Shown here in pieces: positions 28,269 through 36,714 of a DNA stretch of 64,000 bases (position 1 is the stretch's first letter; every line of letters begins with the position of its first letter). This DNA is from a virus. Its lineage: Duplodnaviria > Caudoviricetes. Where the stretch lies: positions 1 through 64,000 of the IMG/VR virus record IMGVR_UViG_2634166429_000001. One strand, 5' to 3'. The position numbers were made by a program, and so were the translations under genes. Below the pieces are notes generated by a model. It was not told where the DNA came from. It searched no databases and saw only the letters and a list, made by a program, of their open reading frames with translations.

Positions 28269-28275
28269 CCTGGGG

Positions 28276-29025
28276 TCAGTGGGTGGGGCGGATGTCGGTG
28301 ATGAGGACGGTGGCGTTGTCGGCATACGGACGGGCGGCTTCGCGGGCTATGTGGACAGCGGTGTCCACGAAACCGCGGGCCGTCGTGCCAGGGGTGCCGA
28401 TGAGGTAGGTGGCGATGTCGTGGCCGCCGTCTTCGTAGGGCTCGTAGGCGCCATCGGAGGCGAGGAGGAGGCGGTAGTCATCGGCGTCCCGGGTGACGGC
28501 TTCGATGGCCGGGTGGCCGTACTGGTTCTTGTTCTCCTGGTCGGTCTCGATGGCGCCGAGGCAGGAGGTGATGATGTTGCGGTTCCCGCCGGGCCTTCCG
28601 TCCCGCGGCGGGAAGATGCGCCGCATGTTGTGATCGTCGGTCAGCCGCTGAACGGTACCGCGGACGAAGATGTAGGCGCGGGCGTCACCACACCAGGCGA
28701 CGGTCAGGGGTTGGCCCGGGGCGGTGACGGCAACGACAGCGCACGCGGCGGCAAGGTAGCGGCGCGCCCACGGGTCGTGGCGGTCGGGTTCTGCGGCGTA
28801 CCGCTCGTACACGGTGCGCAGGCCGGCCTCGGCGTCACCGTGGCGGGCCGCGGTACGGGCGAGGCGTCGGGCAGCGTCGCGGGTCCAGTCGCGGATGGCG
28901 TCCGTACTGCCGATTCCATCGAGGAGAACGTAGGCGCGGGCCCCGGTGGGGGTGGTGGAGACGGCGGTGACGTCGCACTGGTGGGAGCGGTCGCCGATGA
29001 GCTGGGCGGTGGCGTAGGCGCGCAT
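28276..29025 (-). CDS. PP2C/PPM-family Ser/Thr protein phosphatase
   Basis: 'RSHQCD','LLDGIG','AWCGDARAY','LTDDHN','LLLASDG','DNATV'. Confidence 0.85.
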   Translation of the reverse strand: MRAYATAQLIGDRSHQCDVTAVSTTPTGARAYVLLDGIGSTDAIRDWTRDAARRLARTAARHGDAEAGLRTVYERYAAEPDRHDPWARRYLAAACAVVAVTAPGQPLTVAWCGDARAYIFVRGTVQRLTDDHNMRRIFPPRDGRPGGNRNIITSCLGAIETDQENKNQYGHPAIEAVTRDADDYRLLLASDGAYEPYEDGGHDIATYLIGTPGTTARGFVDTAVHIAREAARPYADNATVLITDIRPTH

Positions 29026-29036
29026 CGTGGATCTCC

Positions 29037-29537
29037 TCATGCGGCGAGGTCGGTGTCGGTCTGGGTCAGCTTGCGGCGGGGGCGGTAGTCGGCGTCGTCG
29101 CTGTCGCGCTCCAGCTCGAACCAGATGAGGGCGGTCTCGTCGTGGTTGGGGGCGGTCGGGGTGGGCTGGTAGGTGGTGTTGGCGGGGCGGGTGAGGACGT
29201 AGCCCATGCGGTGGACCGTGTAGCTGAGGATGCCCGACAGCGCGAATTCGCGTGCGGCCGTCATGCCCTGGGTGTCCTCGCCGGCGGCGGCCTTCTGGTC
29301 GATCTCGGCGGCGCGCAGGCGGCACATGGCGAGGATGTAGATGTCGCCGCCGGTAACCTCGCCGGTCTTGGAGATCTTTACGGCGCTGGTGCGGAGATCG
29401 CTGATCTCAATCGTCCGTACCTTGGGCTCGGCCTCGCCGGGCTTGAGGTAGGTGATGGTGACGGCGTGCTGGCGGTCCAGGGCCCGATACAGGTCGGCGA
29501 GGGTCTTGGTGCGGCTCTGGTTCCGGGTGAGCTTCAT
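29037..29537 (-). CDS. Stand-alone WYL-domain protein
   Basis: 'ALDRQHAVTITY...VRTIEI...YILAMCRLR...REFALSGI' WYL pattern; no HTH. Confidence 0.7.
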   Translation of the reverse strand: MKLTRNQSRTKTLADLYRALDRQHAVTITYLKPGEAEPKVRTIEISDLRTSAVKISKTGEVTGGDIYILAMCRLRAAEIDQKAAAGEDTQGMTAAREFALSGILSYTVHRMGYVLTRPANTTYQPTPTAPNHDETALIWFELERDSDDADYRPRRKLTQTDTDLAA

Positions 29538-29568
29538 GGTGGTGTCCCCTCGCTGTGGTGTTGAGAGA

Positions 29569-29600
29569 ACACTATCCATACTCCATTGCGCACGCAAGGG
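29569..29600 (-). promoter_or_regulatory. Promoter/operator motif B copy: TTGCGT-N17-TAGTGT
   Basis: Contains GCAATGGAGTATGG, shared with 44747 and 51509. Confidence 0.7.
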
Positions 29601-29747
29601 GTTTACGCGTACTGTGGTGGCAACGCCCCCCGCACGCCACCACCATGGCGGGCGCAATCAGATATGGAGGACACTGGGTTGGCTACTGCCCCCACGCACC
29701 CGCCGAACCGGTCCACAGGCGGCGGGAGCCCGCCGAAAGGACCGCGC

Positions 29748-30293
29748 ATGCCGCGCAGCCGCCGACTCGCCCCCGACGTCGTCCGCGCCCGCCTCACCGT
29801 CCTCGCAGACCGCCTCCACGCCACCGGCGCACAGGACAAGGACCTTGCCGAAGCCGTCGACGCGATCCTCGCCCCCCGCGGCTGGGAACTCCTGCGCAAG
29901 CCGGAGAAGGCCACCGCAGCCGACCGCAACATGGCCATCTCCATGAACAAGGCCGTCAAGGACGCCATCTACGCCTCCGCGGAGGCGGCCGGCGAGAACC
30001 TGGCCCGGGTGGTGGAGGAGGGCTGGCGGCAGTTCATCGTCGGCGAGTTCGTGCCCGCGAAGCCGCTGCGCTCCGTGCGCGGGTCGGAGACGGTGAAGGA
30101 GAACCTGAACATCCGCCCGTCGGACGAGCTTCGCGAGCAGGTCCAGGCGCTGTGCCCGGACCGGTCGAAGGAGCTGGGCTGGAACGTGACGCCGGGCCTG
30201 GTGGCCGCGTCGTGGCTGTACGAGGAGTACGGCATCACCGATGACGACCAGCGCGGCGTGACCGCCCCGGGCGACAGCACCGTCCCCGAGTAG
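29748..30293 (+). CDS. Putative DNA-binding regulator (possible tandem ribbon-helix-helix)
   Basis: Two beta-helix segments 'NMAISMNKAVKDAI' and 'NLNIRPSDELREQV'; divergent from WYL operon. Confidence 0.5.
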   Translation: MPRSRRLAPDVVRARLTVLADRLHATGAQDKDLAEAVDAILAPRGWELLRKPEKATAADRNMAISMNKAVKDAIYASAEAAGENLARVVEEGWRQFIVGEFVPAKPLRSVRGSETVKENLNIRPSDELREQVQALCPDRSKELGWNVTPGLVAASWLYEEYGITDDDQRGVTAPGDSTVPE

Positions 30294-30375
30294 CCCCCGG
30301 CGGGCGGGGCGGGCCTGGACGCCGACAACCAGGCCGGCCCCGCCCCCGATCGCACAACCCCATAGGAGACCTCAC

Positions 30376-31311
30376 GTGGCATCCGCCATCGAGGCCCCCG
30401 CCACCATCCAGGCGGAGGGCCCCACCCAGCACACCCAAAACCAGGCTCTGGAAGAGCTGGTGACCCGCCTGGAACGCCTCCTGGAGAAGGAGGCCACCAC
30501 ATCGGGCACGTACGGATACACGCGGGCCGAGCAGTTGGAGGCCCTGCACAAACTGCGCGAGCCGTTCCCGACCAGCGAGATCCGGCACCGGCCGCAGCCC
30601 TGGTGCAAGCGGTGCTCGGAGACGCAGGGCTGGCCGAAGGTCTGTGGCGACCACCGGCTGGTGAAGTGCCCGAACTGCAACGGCCAGAAGATCACGGACG
30701 CGCACATCTGCCTGAAGTTCATCGGGCACGCGGAGGCCACGAACCGGCTGCTGAACGTAGACCCGTTCTGGGGCTGGGAGCCGATGGCGCTGGACCAGGC
30801 GGGTCTTCCCCAGTACGACGGGAACCGCGGCATGTGGATCCGGATGACGGTGTGCGGGATGACCCGGATCGGCTACGGCGACGCGACCGGGAAGAACGGC
30901 GCGAACGCCGTCAAGGAGATCATCGGCGACGCGATCCGCAACGCTGGCATGCGGTTCGGAATGGCGCTCGACCTGTGGACTTCCTCCGAACTGGAGATCA
31001 TTGAGTCCGGCGGTGCGTCGCTGGAAGACGAAGGGAAGGCTCCGGGGCAGCAGCCGGGGGCTTCTCAGAATCCGCCCGCTGCCGCTGATCAGAGCGCCGA
31101 CGTGGACGCCTTCCAGAAGCGGGTCAGCAACGGCTGGAACCACTTGGGCGCGACCGAGATGGCGCTGGCCGAGGCGGAGAAGAAGGGCATCAACCCCGTC
31201 GTTCCGTTCGAGGGGGACCACCTGCACATCCAGGACGTGCTGAAGATCCGCATCAAGGCACTGAAGGAGAAGGCCGCGCAGGGCGGCGCCACGGAGAGGA
31301 CGGCGGCCTGA
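30376..31311 (+). CDS. Rad52/Sak-like single-strand annealing protein
   Basis: 'FIGHAEATNRLLNVDPFWGW','VKEIIGDAIRNAGMRFGMALDLW'. Confidence 0.75.
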   Translation: MASAIEAPATIQAEGPTQHTQNQALEELVTRLERLLEKEATTSGTYGYTRAEQLEALHKLREPFPTSEIRHRPQPWCKRCSETQGWPKVCGDHRLVKCPNCNGQKITDAHICLKFIGHAEATNRLLNVDPFWGWEPMALDQAGLPQYDGNRGMWIRMTVCGMTRIGYGDATGKNGANAVKEIIGDAIRNAGMRFGMALDLWTSSELEIIESGGASLEDEGKAPGQQPGASQNPPAAADQSADVDAFQKRVSNGWNHLGATEMALAEAEKKGINPVVPFEGDHLHIQDVLKIRIKALKEKAAQGGATERTAA

Positions 31312-33116
31312 TGTACCGCAACGACGACAACGCGCTGACCGTCATGGACTGGTTCTGCGGGGCCGGTGGTAGCTCGCAGGGCATGCACTCCATTCCGGGT
31401 GTCCGGATGGAGCGGGCCGCGAACCACTGGGAGCGGGCGATCGAGTCGCACGCCGCGAACTTTCCCACCGTCGACCACTACCGCGGCGACATCCGCGAGG
31501 CGCCGGTGGAGAAGTGGCCGGTCACCGACATTTTCTGGGCATCGCCGGAGTGCCCACAGTGGTCCAACGCCCGCGGCAAGAAGCGCGACTTCGACGCCTC
31601 CCTCCAGGGCGACCTCTTCGACGGCTTCGGACCGTCCGAGGAAGTCGAACGCTCGCGCGCGCTGATGGAGGAGGTGCCGCTCTACCTCCGCGGAGTCCAG
31701 CAGCGGGGCGGCCTTGTGAAGGCCGGCGTGGTTGAGAACGTCGTCGACGTCCGCGCCTGGGACCAGTGGGACCGGTGGGTCGGTGAGCTCCACAAACTCG
31801 GCTACAAGACCCGGGTCATAGACCTGAACTCGATGCACGCCGATCCGCGCACCGTGCACAAGGCGCCGCAGAGCAGGGACCGCCTGTACGTCGCCTACTG
31901 GCACGCCTCCCTGGGCCGGACCCCGGACTGGGACAAGTGGCTGCGGCCGCGCGCCTGGTGCTCGGGCTGCGATGCCTGGGTGCAGGCCGTGCAGCGCTTC
32001 AAGCAGCCCGGACGCGACATGGGCCGCTACCGGCAGCAGTACGTCTACCGCTGCCCGAACGTGGCCTGCCGCAACCAGGTCGTCGAACCGGAGACCCTGC
32101 CCGCCGCCGTCGCCATCGACTGGACCCTGCCCGGACAGCGCATCGGTGACCGCACCAAGCCGCTCGCCGACAAGACGCTGGCGCGGATCCAGGCCGGCCT
32201 CGACAAGTTTGCCCGGCCCATCACCCTCGAAGCTGCGGGCAACACCTTCGAACGGCGCCCCGGCGTCCGCACCTGGCCCGTCGACGCACCCCTCACCACC
32301 CAGACGACCACACCCACCAAGGCCGTCGCCTACGAGCCGTTCATGGTCCCGGCGGGAGGTACCTGGCGCAACGACCCGTCCAGCGTGCTGGACCCGATGG
32401 CCTGCCGGACCACCCGCGAGAACGACGGCCTCGCCATCCCGCCCCTGCTGATCCCCGTGGAGGGCCGCGATGGGAAGGAGCCCGCGTCCGCGAACAACCC
32501 GCTGCGCACCCAGACCGCCCGGAACGAGACCGGCCTGGCCTGGCTGCCGTTCATGGTCACCATGCGCGGCGGCGGCGACCAGCTCCGCGGGCGCTCCATC
32601 GGCGAGCCTGTCGGTACCGTGTCTGCGAACGGCAACCACCACGGCCTGGTCACTCCGAACCTGCCTGCGTTCGTGATGCGCAACAACGGCAGTACCGGTG
32701 ACGGAGGCGAGCACTGCACCACCGCGGCCGAGTACTTCCGCACCATGACCACGGCCGGCCATCAGTCCCTCGTCTCCTGGGAACACCTCCTCGTCCCCTA
32801 CTACGGCAACGGCACGGCGAAGACCGTCCGTGAGCCGGTCGGCACCCTGTCCACCCGCGACCGGTACGCCCTCGTCCAGGGCGACGTCGACATCGACGAC
32901 GTGCTCTTCCGGATGCTGGAGCCGCACGAGATCGGCCGGGCAATGTCCTTCGCCGACCAGTACATCGTCCTGGGCTCCAAGCGCGAGCGGGTCCGGCAGT
33001 ACGGCAACGCAGTGACCCCGAACTGTGCAGAGGTCATCGTGTGCGCGCTGGTGGAGTCCATCACCGGCGAGGACATCGACCGTCACGCGGAAGCATCGTT
33101 CGCTGCCGCTGCCTGA
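31311..33116 (+). CDS. C5 cytosine DNA methyltransferase (orphan)
   Basis: FCGAGG, SPEC, ENV, QSRDR, GNAV motifs. Confidence 0.92.
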   Translation: MYRNDDNALTVMDWFCGAGGSSQGMHSIPGVRMERAANHWERAIESHAANFPTVDHYRGDIREAPVEKWPVTDIFWASPECPQWSNARGKKRDFDASLQGDLFDGFGPSEEVERSRALMEEVPLYLRGVQQRGGLVKAGVVENVVDVRAWDQWDRWVGELHKLGYKTRVIDLNSMHADPRTVHKAPQSRDRLYVAYWHASLGRTPDWDKWLRPRAWCSGCDAWVQAVQRFKQPGRDMGRYRQQYVYRCPNVACRNQVVEPETLPAAVAIDWTLPGQRIGDRTKPLADKTLARIQAGLDKFARPITLEAAGNTFERRPGVRTWPVDAPLTTQTTTPTKAVAYEPFMVPAGGTWRNDPSSVLDPMACRTTRENDGLAIPPLLIPVEGRDGKEPASANNPLRTQTARNETGLAWLPFMVTMRGGGDQLRGRSIGEPVGTVSANGNHHGLVTPNLPAFVMRNNGSTGDGGEHCTTAAEYFRTMTTAGHQSLVSWEHLLVPYYGNGTAKTVREPVGTLSTRDRYALVQGDVDIDDVLFRMLEPHEIGRAMSFADQYIVLGSKRERVRQYGNAVTPNCAEVIVCALVESITGEDIDRHAEASFAAAA

Positions 33117-33193
33117 ACCACCCCGGCCCGCCACCGTGCGGGCCGGACCCCTTTCCTCACCTTCACCCGGTCGTCGCCGAACGGAGTTCCGTC

Positions 33194-33544
33194 ATGCCCA
33201 CATCCCTGCCCGACTGGACTACCTCGATGGCCGTCGTCCTGCTCTTCGGCGGGTCGGCGTTGTACACGGCCGTGGACTGGTGGTGGGGGCGGTGGCTGCG
33301 GCGCCGTCACGGCCTGCTGTCGCCGCGCCGCCCGAAGGCCTACCGGGACGTGGTGCGGGAGGCGCAGGAACGGCAGGCCCGGTTGGAGGGCTTGGGCCGG
33401 TCGGTGAACGAGGTCCTGGACCCGGCCGCCGACCAGATGGCCCGCCTGTACGACCCCACCACGCTGACTGAGCCTCCGGTGGATCCGTGGGGTGAAGCCC
33501 TCCTCGAGGACGTCGCCCGCCGGCACACCCTGCACCACCGCTGA
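33194..33544 (+). CDS. Hypothetical membrane protein
   Basis: N-terminal hydrophobic segment; GGAG RBS. Confidence 0.55.
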   Translation: MPTSLPDWTTSMAVVLLFGGSALYTAVDWWWGRWLRRRHGLLSPRRPKAYRDVVREAQERQARLEGLGRSVNEVLDPAADQMARLYDPTTLTEPPVDPWGEALLEDVARRHTLHHR

Positions 33545-33604
33545 ACCGCAATCCCCCGTCCTGCCCGCATGCGTCTGGCACACCCCTGGTTGGAGGTGAG
33601 CGTC

Positions 33605-33874
33605 GTGCCAGCACCCCCCATCCGCTACCTGGCCGCGCTCGCCGCCACCACCGTGGCAGCAGCCGGCCTCTACCACCTGCACCGCCTGCGGCGCGCTCTC
33701 GATGCGGAGCGCGCCGCAGGCCGTCTCACCAGCAGTCTCCACACCCGCGACATGGACGCCTTCACCCACCGCCTGACGCAGGCGGTCCACGCCCACCACG
33801 CCGTCACCCAGGCCGACCTGGTCCTCACCGAAGCGCTCGCCGCACACCACAACCCGGAAGGGGGAACCCGATGA
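33605..33874 (+). CDS. Hypothetical protein
   Basis: GGAGG RBS; coupled to WhiB gene. Confidence 0.55.
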   Translation: MPAPPIRYLAALAATTVAAAGLYHLHRLRRALDAERAAGRLTSSLHTRDMDAFTHRLTQAVHAHHAVTQADLVLTEALAAHHNPEGGTR

Positions 33875-34728
33875 ACCAGCCGATACGTCTGGACGTCACG
33901 ACCGCCCACCAAGCCTTCACCGACCACGCTCACTTCCGCTACCGCGGCTGCGCCCCCGACCCCGACCAGCCCCACCTTGCCGCAGGCGACCACACGGTTC
34001 CCGTCACCTCCTGGGAAGCCCCCGACCTGGACGGCGGCGAAGCACCTGCGGTCCGTACCGCTCGGGAGCAGGCCGCGGTCGAGGTGTGCGTGGGCTGCCC
34101 GGTCATGGTGCAGTGCCTGGCCTATGGTGCCTCCCTCACCCGCGACGGGAAGCTCGCCGAGCCGTACGCGGTCCTGGGTGGAATGACGCCCATGGAACGC
34201 CACCGGGCGTTCGTCGCCTACAAGACGGCGTTGCAGGAGATGCCGCAGCCTGCCCCGGCCCGGCAGTTGCAGACGGATCAGAAGCTGGTCGTGTTGCGGG
34301 CGTTGGCCGTCCACACCAGCCCGCAGGCTGTTGCCGACGCCGCTGGCACTCCTATGCGGACCGCGAACTGGCAGCGGTCCATCCTCGTCGGCAAACTCGG
34401 GCTGGCCCGGCCGGCGACGCGGATGCAGCTCCTCACGGCGGCCGCCGAACGCGGCCTCCTCGACGGCGTGCAGGTCGTGCCGGACGACGGGAGCGTGCCC
34501 GCCGTGCCCCGCCCCCCGCACCGCCCCCGCAAACCCCGCCGTCCCGCGGGCCGGCTCACTGTGGTGGCGCTGCCCGAACCCGGACCGTACGAACCGGCCC
34601 GCGTCCCCAGCCTGCGCCGCAGTCGCTTCACCGACATCGCCGGCCAGCTCGCCTTCGACGACCTCGCCCCCGACGCCACCATCCGCAACCTTCCCACCCG
34701 CGCCCGCGTCCTGGAGGCCGCAGCATGA
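33871..34728 (+). CDS. WhiB-family regulator with C-terminal HTH-like extension
   Basis: C...CVGCPVMVQC...VLGGMTPMER. Confidence 0.8.
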   Translation: MNQPIRLDVTTAHQAFTDHAHFRYRGCAPDPDQPHLAAGDHTVPVTSWEAPDLDGGEAPAVRTAREQAAVEVCVGCPVMVQCLAYGASLTRDGKLAEPYAVLGGMTPMERHRAFVAYKTALQEMPQPAPARQLQTDQKLVVLRALAVHTSPQAVADAAGTPMRTANWQRSILVGKLGLARPATRMQLLTAAAERGLLDGVQVVPDDGSVPAVPRPPHRPRKPRRPAGRLTVVALPEPGPYEPARVPSLRRSRFTDIAGQLAFDDLAPDATIRNLPTRARVLEAAA

Positions 34729-35150
34729 CCGCACCCGCCCCCGCGGCCCCTACCCTCCACGGCATCAACCCGGCCGTCGACCAAGCCCTCGCCGACACCG
34801 CCACGACGAGCGGCGCCTACCTGGCCGGGCTTATAGCCTGCGCCATGCTCGACACCGCCGGCCGCCCCGACAAACTCCCCGAGTACCTGTTCCCCGACCT
34901 GGCCCCGGCCGACGTACGCAGGGTGTGGCAGGCCGCCCTCGCCGTGGGCCTGCGCGCCGGGCGCCTGTCCAACTCGCCCCGCTTCCACCGCGACACCCTC
35001 GCCCGGTTGCAGGCCCTCCTCGCCGACGCCGGCTGGACGGCCATGGCCCACACCGCCCACCACGCCGCTCGTACCGCAGCCACCGAACCCGAACCCGACC
35101 ACGAACGCACCCCCACCAGCAGCGACGAAACCCGCGGCGGACACTGGTGA
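34725..35150 (+). CDS. Hypothetical protein
   Basis: ATGA coupling. Confidence 0.6.
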   Translation: MTAPAPAAPTLHGINPAVDQALADTATTSGAYLAGLIACAMLDTAGRPDKLPEYLFPDLAPADVRRVWQAALAVGLRAGRLSNSPRFHRDTLARLQALLADAGWTAMAHTAHHAARTAATEPEPDHERTPTSSDETRGGHW

Positions 35151-35593
35151 CCCGCCCCCGAACCCGGCCAGTCCCCGGACGCGGCCGCGGACGCCCCCTC
35201 CTCTTCGACGACACCCAGAAGAAGGCGTACCTCAAGCACGTCACCGCAGGCCTCACGTTGAACGAGGCCGCGGCCGCCGTCGGCATCGACCGACGCACCG
35301 TCAACCACCACACCACCACCGACCCCCGATTCCGCGAAGCCCGCGACACCGCTAAAGCCGCCGGACGGGCCGCCCGTTGGGACGACAAGCCCCACAACGA
35401 ATACCGCTACATCCACGGCGGCTGTCGCTGCCCCCAATGCACCACCGCCGCATCCTCCGCCCGCGCCGCACGACGCGCCGAACCCCCGCCACCCGCCGCC
35501 GACACCCCCAGACATGCCCCCACCGTCATCCCGCTGCCCAACCGCGACATCCGCCCCGACCAGCACCTTCCGCCCCTCGCCGCCGTCTCTTGA
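35147..35593 (+). CDS. HTH protein with CxCxxC motif
   Basis: 'GLTLNEAAAAVGIDRRTV','GCRCPQC'. Confidence 0.65.
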   Translation: MTRPRTRPVPGRGRGRPLLFDDTQKKAYLKHVTAGLTLNEAAAAVGIDRRTVNHHTTTDPRFREARDTAKAAGRAARWDDKPHNEYRYIHGGCRCPQCTTAASSARAARRAEPPPPAADTPRHAPTVIPLPNRDIRPDQHLPPLAAVS

Positions 35594-35607
35594 GGCCTCC
35601 GGCAGGG

Positions 35608-35653
35608 GCGTGGGCATGATCAAGTTATTTGGTTCCCAAATGTGTAGGACAGA
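35608..35653 (-). repeat. 46-bp inverted repeat, right copy
   Basis: GCGTGGGCATGATCAAGTTATTTGGTTCCCAAATGTGTAGGACAGA. Confidence 0.9.
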
Positions 35654-36035
35654 ACCGCAGGCCCGTACGCCCGTGCGATGACCTGGATATCTGACGACAA
35701 GTCTGATCAAAAACGCGCAGCAGGGAATGGAGACAGATGGTGCGTCCAACGAGTAGGCTGAGCCTCGCGTCAGACATGCAGTCAGTTGCGAGGCTGGTTG
35801 GACGACGCAGCCCAAGAAAGTTGGAAGCCCCCGCTGCCACCTTGGTGGCGGTCCCGGTTTGCGAAGCCGAGACGCGAGGGCTGCCGACACCTCACCGATT
35901 CGAAGCGAATGAAGGTGCCGACATGGCAGAGCGTACCCGCCCTCCGGGGCTATCAGACAGTGGAACCCCAGCCAGCACCGTGAAGATCACACCGGCGCGC
36001 GAGCAGGGTCCTGTCACCACTACCCCCATCGTCGC

Positions 36036-36470
36036 GTGAACGCCGCGGCGCCGCTGGCATCTATCTGCCAGTGCGGCGCAGAAGGCAGCTGTGAGACAGA
36101 TGGATGGGTCCGCTTCTTCGGGCAAGACATCTGCCCTTCCTGCTGGCGTAAGCAGAAGGAGGCGGAGGCCGCCAACAGGGAGCGGCACTTCCGCGAGAAG
36201 CAGGAAGCCCAAAAGGCGTGGCGTGCCCAGAACGCCGAGGTGGCGGATTGCGCCAAGTGCAGCAGGAAGAACCTTCGCGTGCGTCTGCCGCGTGACGGTC
36301 GCCAGGTTGGCGACGGAACCCTCTACATCACGTACTGGCACAAGTCCCCGGAGACAGGCACCGACTGCCGCTCCGAGGTGGACACAGAAAACGTCCGGAT
36401 CGCCAATCGGGCCGAACGGTCCTGGCGCCGGAAGCAGACCTCACCCAGTAAGGGAGATCAGGTGACGTAG
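36036..36470 (+). CDS. Cys-rich hypothetical protein
   Basis: Several CxxC motifs; preceded by coupled short ORF 35923..36039. Confidence 0.5.
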   Translation: MNAAAPLASICQCGAEGSCETDGWVRFFGQDICPSCWRKQKEAEAANRERHFREKQEAQKAWRAQNAEVADCAKCSRKNLRVRLPRDGRQVGDGTLYITYWHKSPETGTDCRSEVDTENVRIANRAERSWRRKQTSPSKGDQVT

Positions 36471-36480
36471 TGACTTCCTG

Positions 36481-36660
36481 AGCGGGAGGTCCTGGGCCCC
36501 TTGGCGGGGGCGCTTCCTCTACCGCTGGCCGCTGGTGTTGGCGCACCGTGCGCGGCCTCGTGCAACGGCTCGGTTTGGCGACCGAGCTAAGGCCCGAACT
36601 TCGATCCGGTTTGGCGACCGGCCCGAGATTCGAGCGACCTACAGGTTCTGGCGAACCCAC
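36481..36660. ncRNA. Array of five YUGGCG-loop hairpins in rep leader (candidate antisense control locus)
   Basis: Loops start at 36501, 36538, 36575, 36611, 36648, each closed by a different stem. Confidence 0.7.
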
Positions 36661-36714
36661 CGAAGTCCCAACCGGGCCTTCGTCGTCCCCCTTGTCAGCA
36701 AGGACGGATCCATA

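Noticed and set aside
36481-36660. CRISPR or TIGR array interpretation of the 37-nt periodic hairpins
   Set aside because: The conserved part is only a 6-nt loop and the variable parts are self-complementary stems; no cas or Nop-domain (Tas) gene is recognisable in the window.
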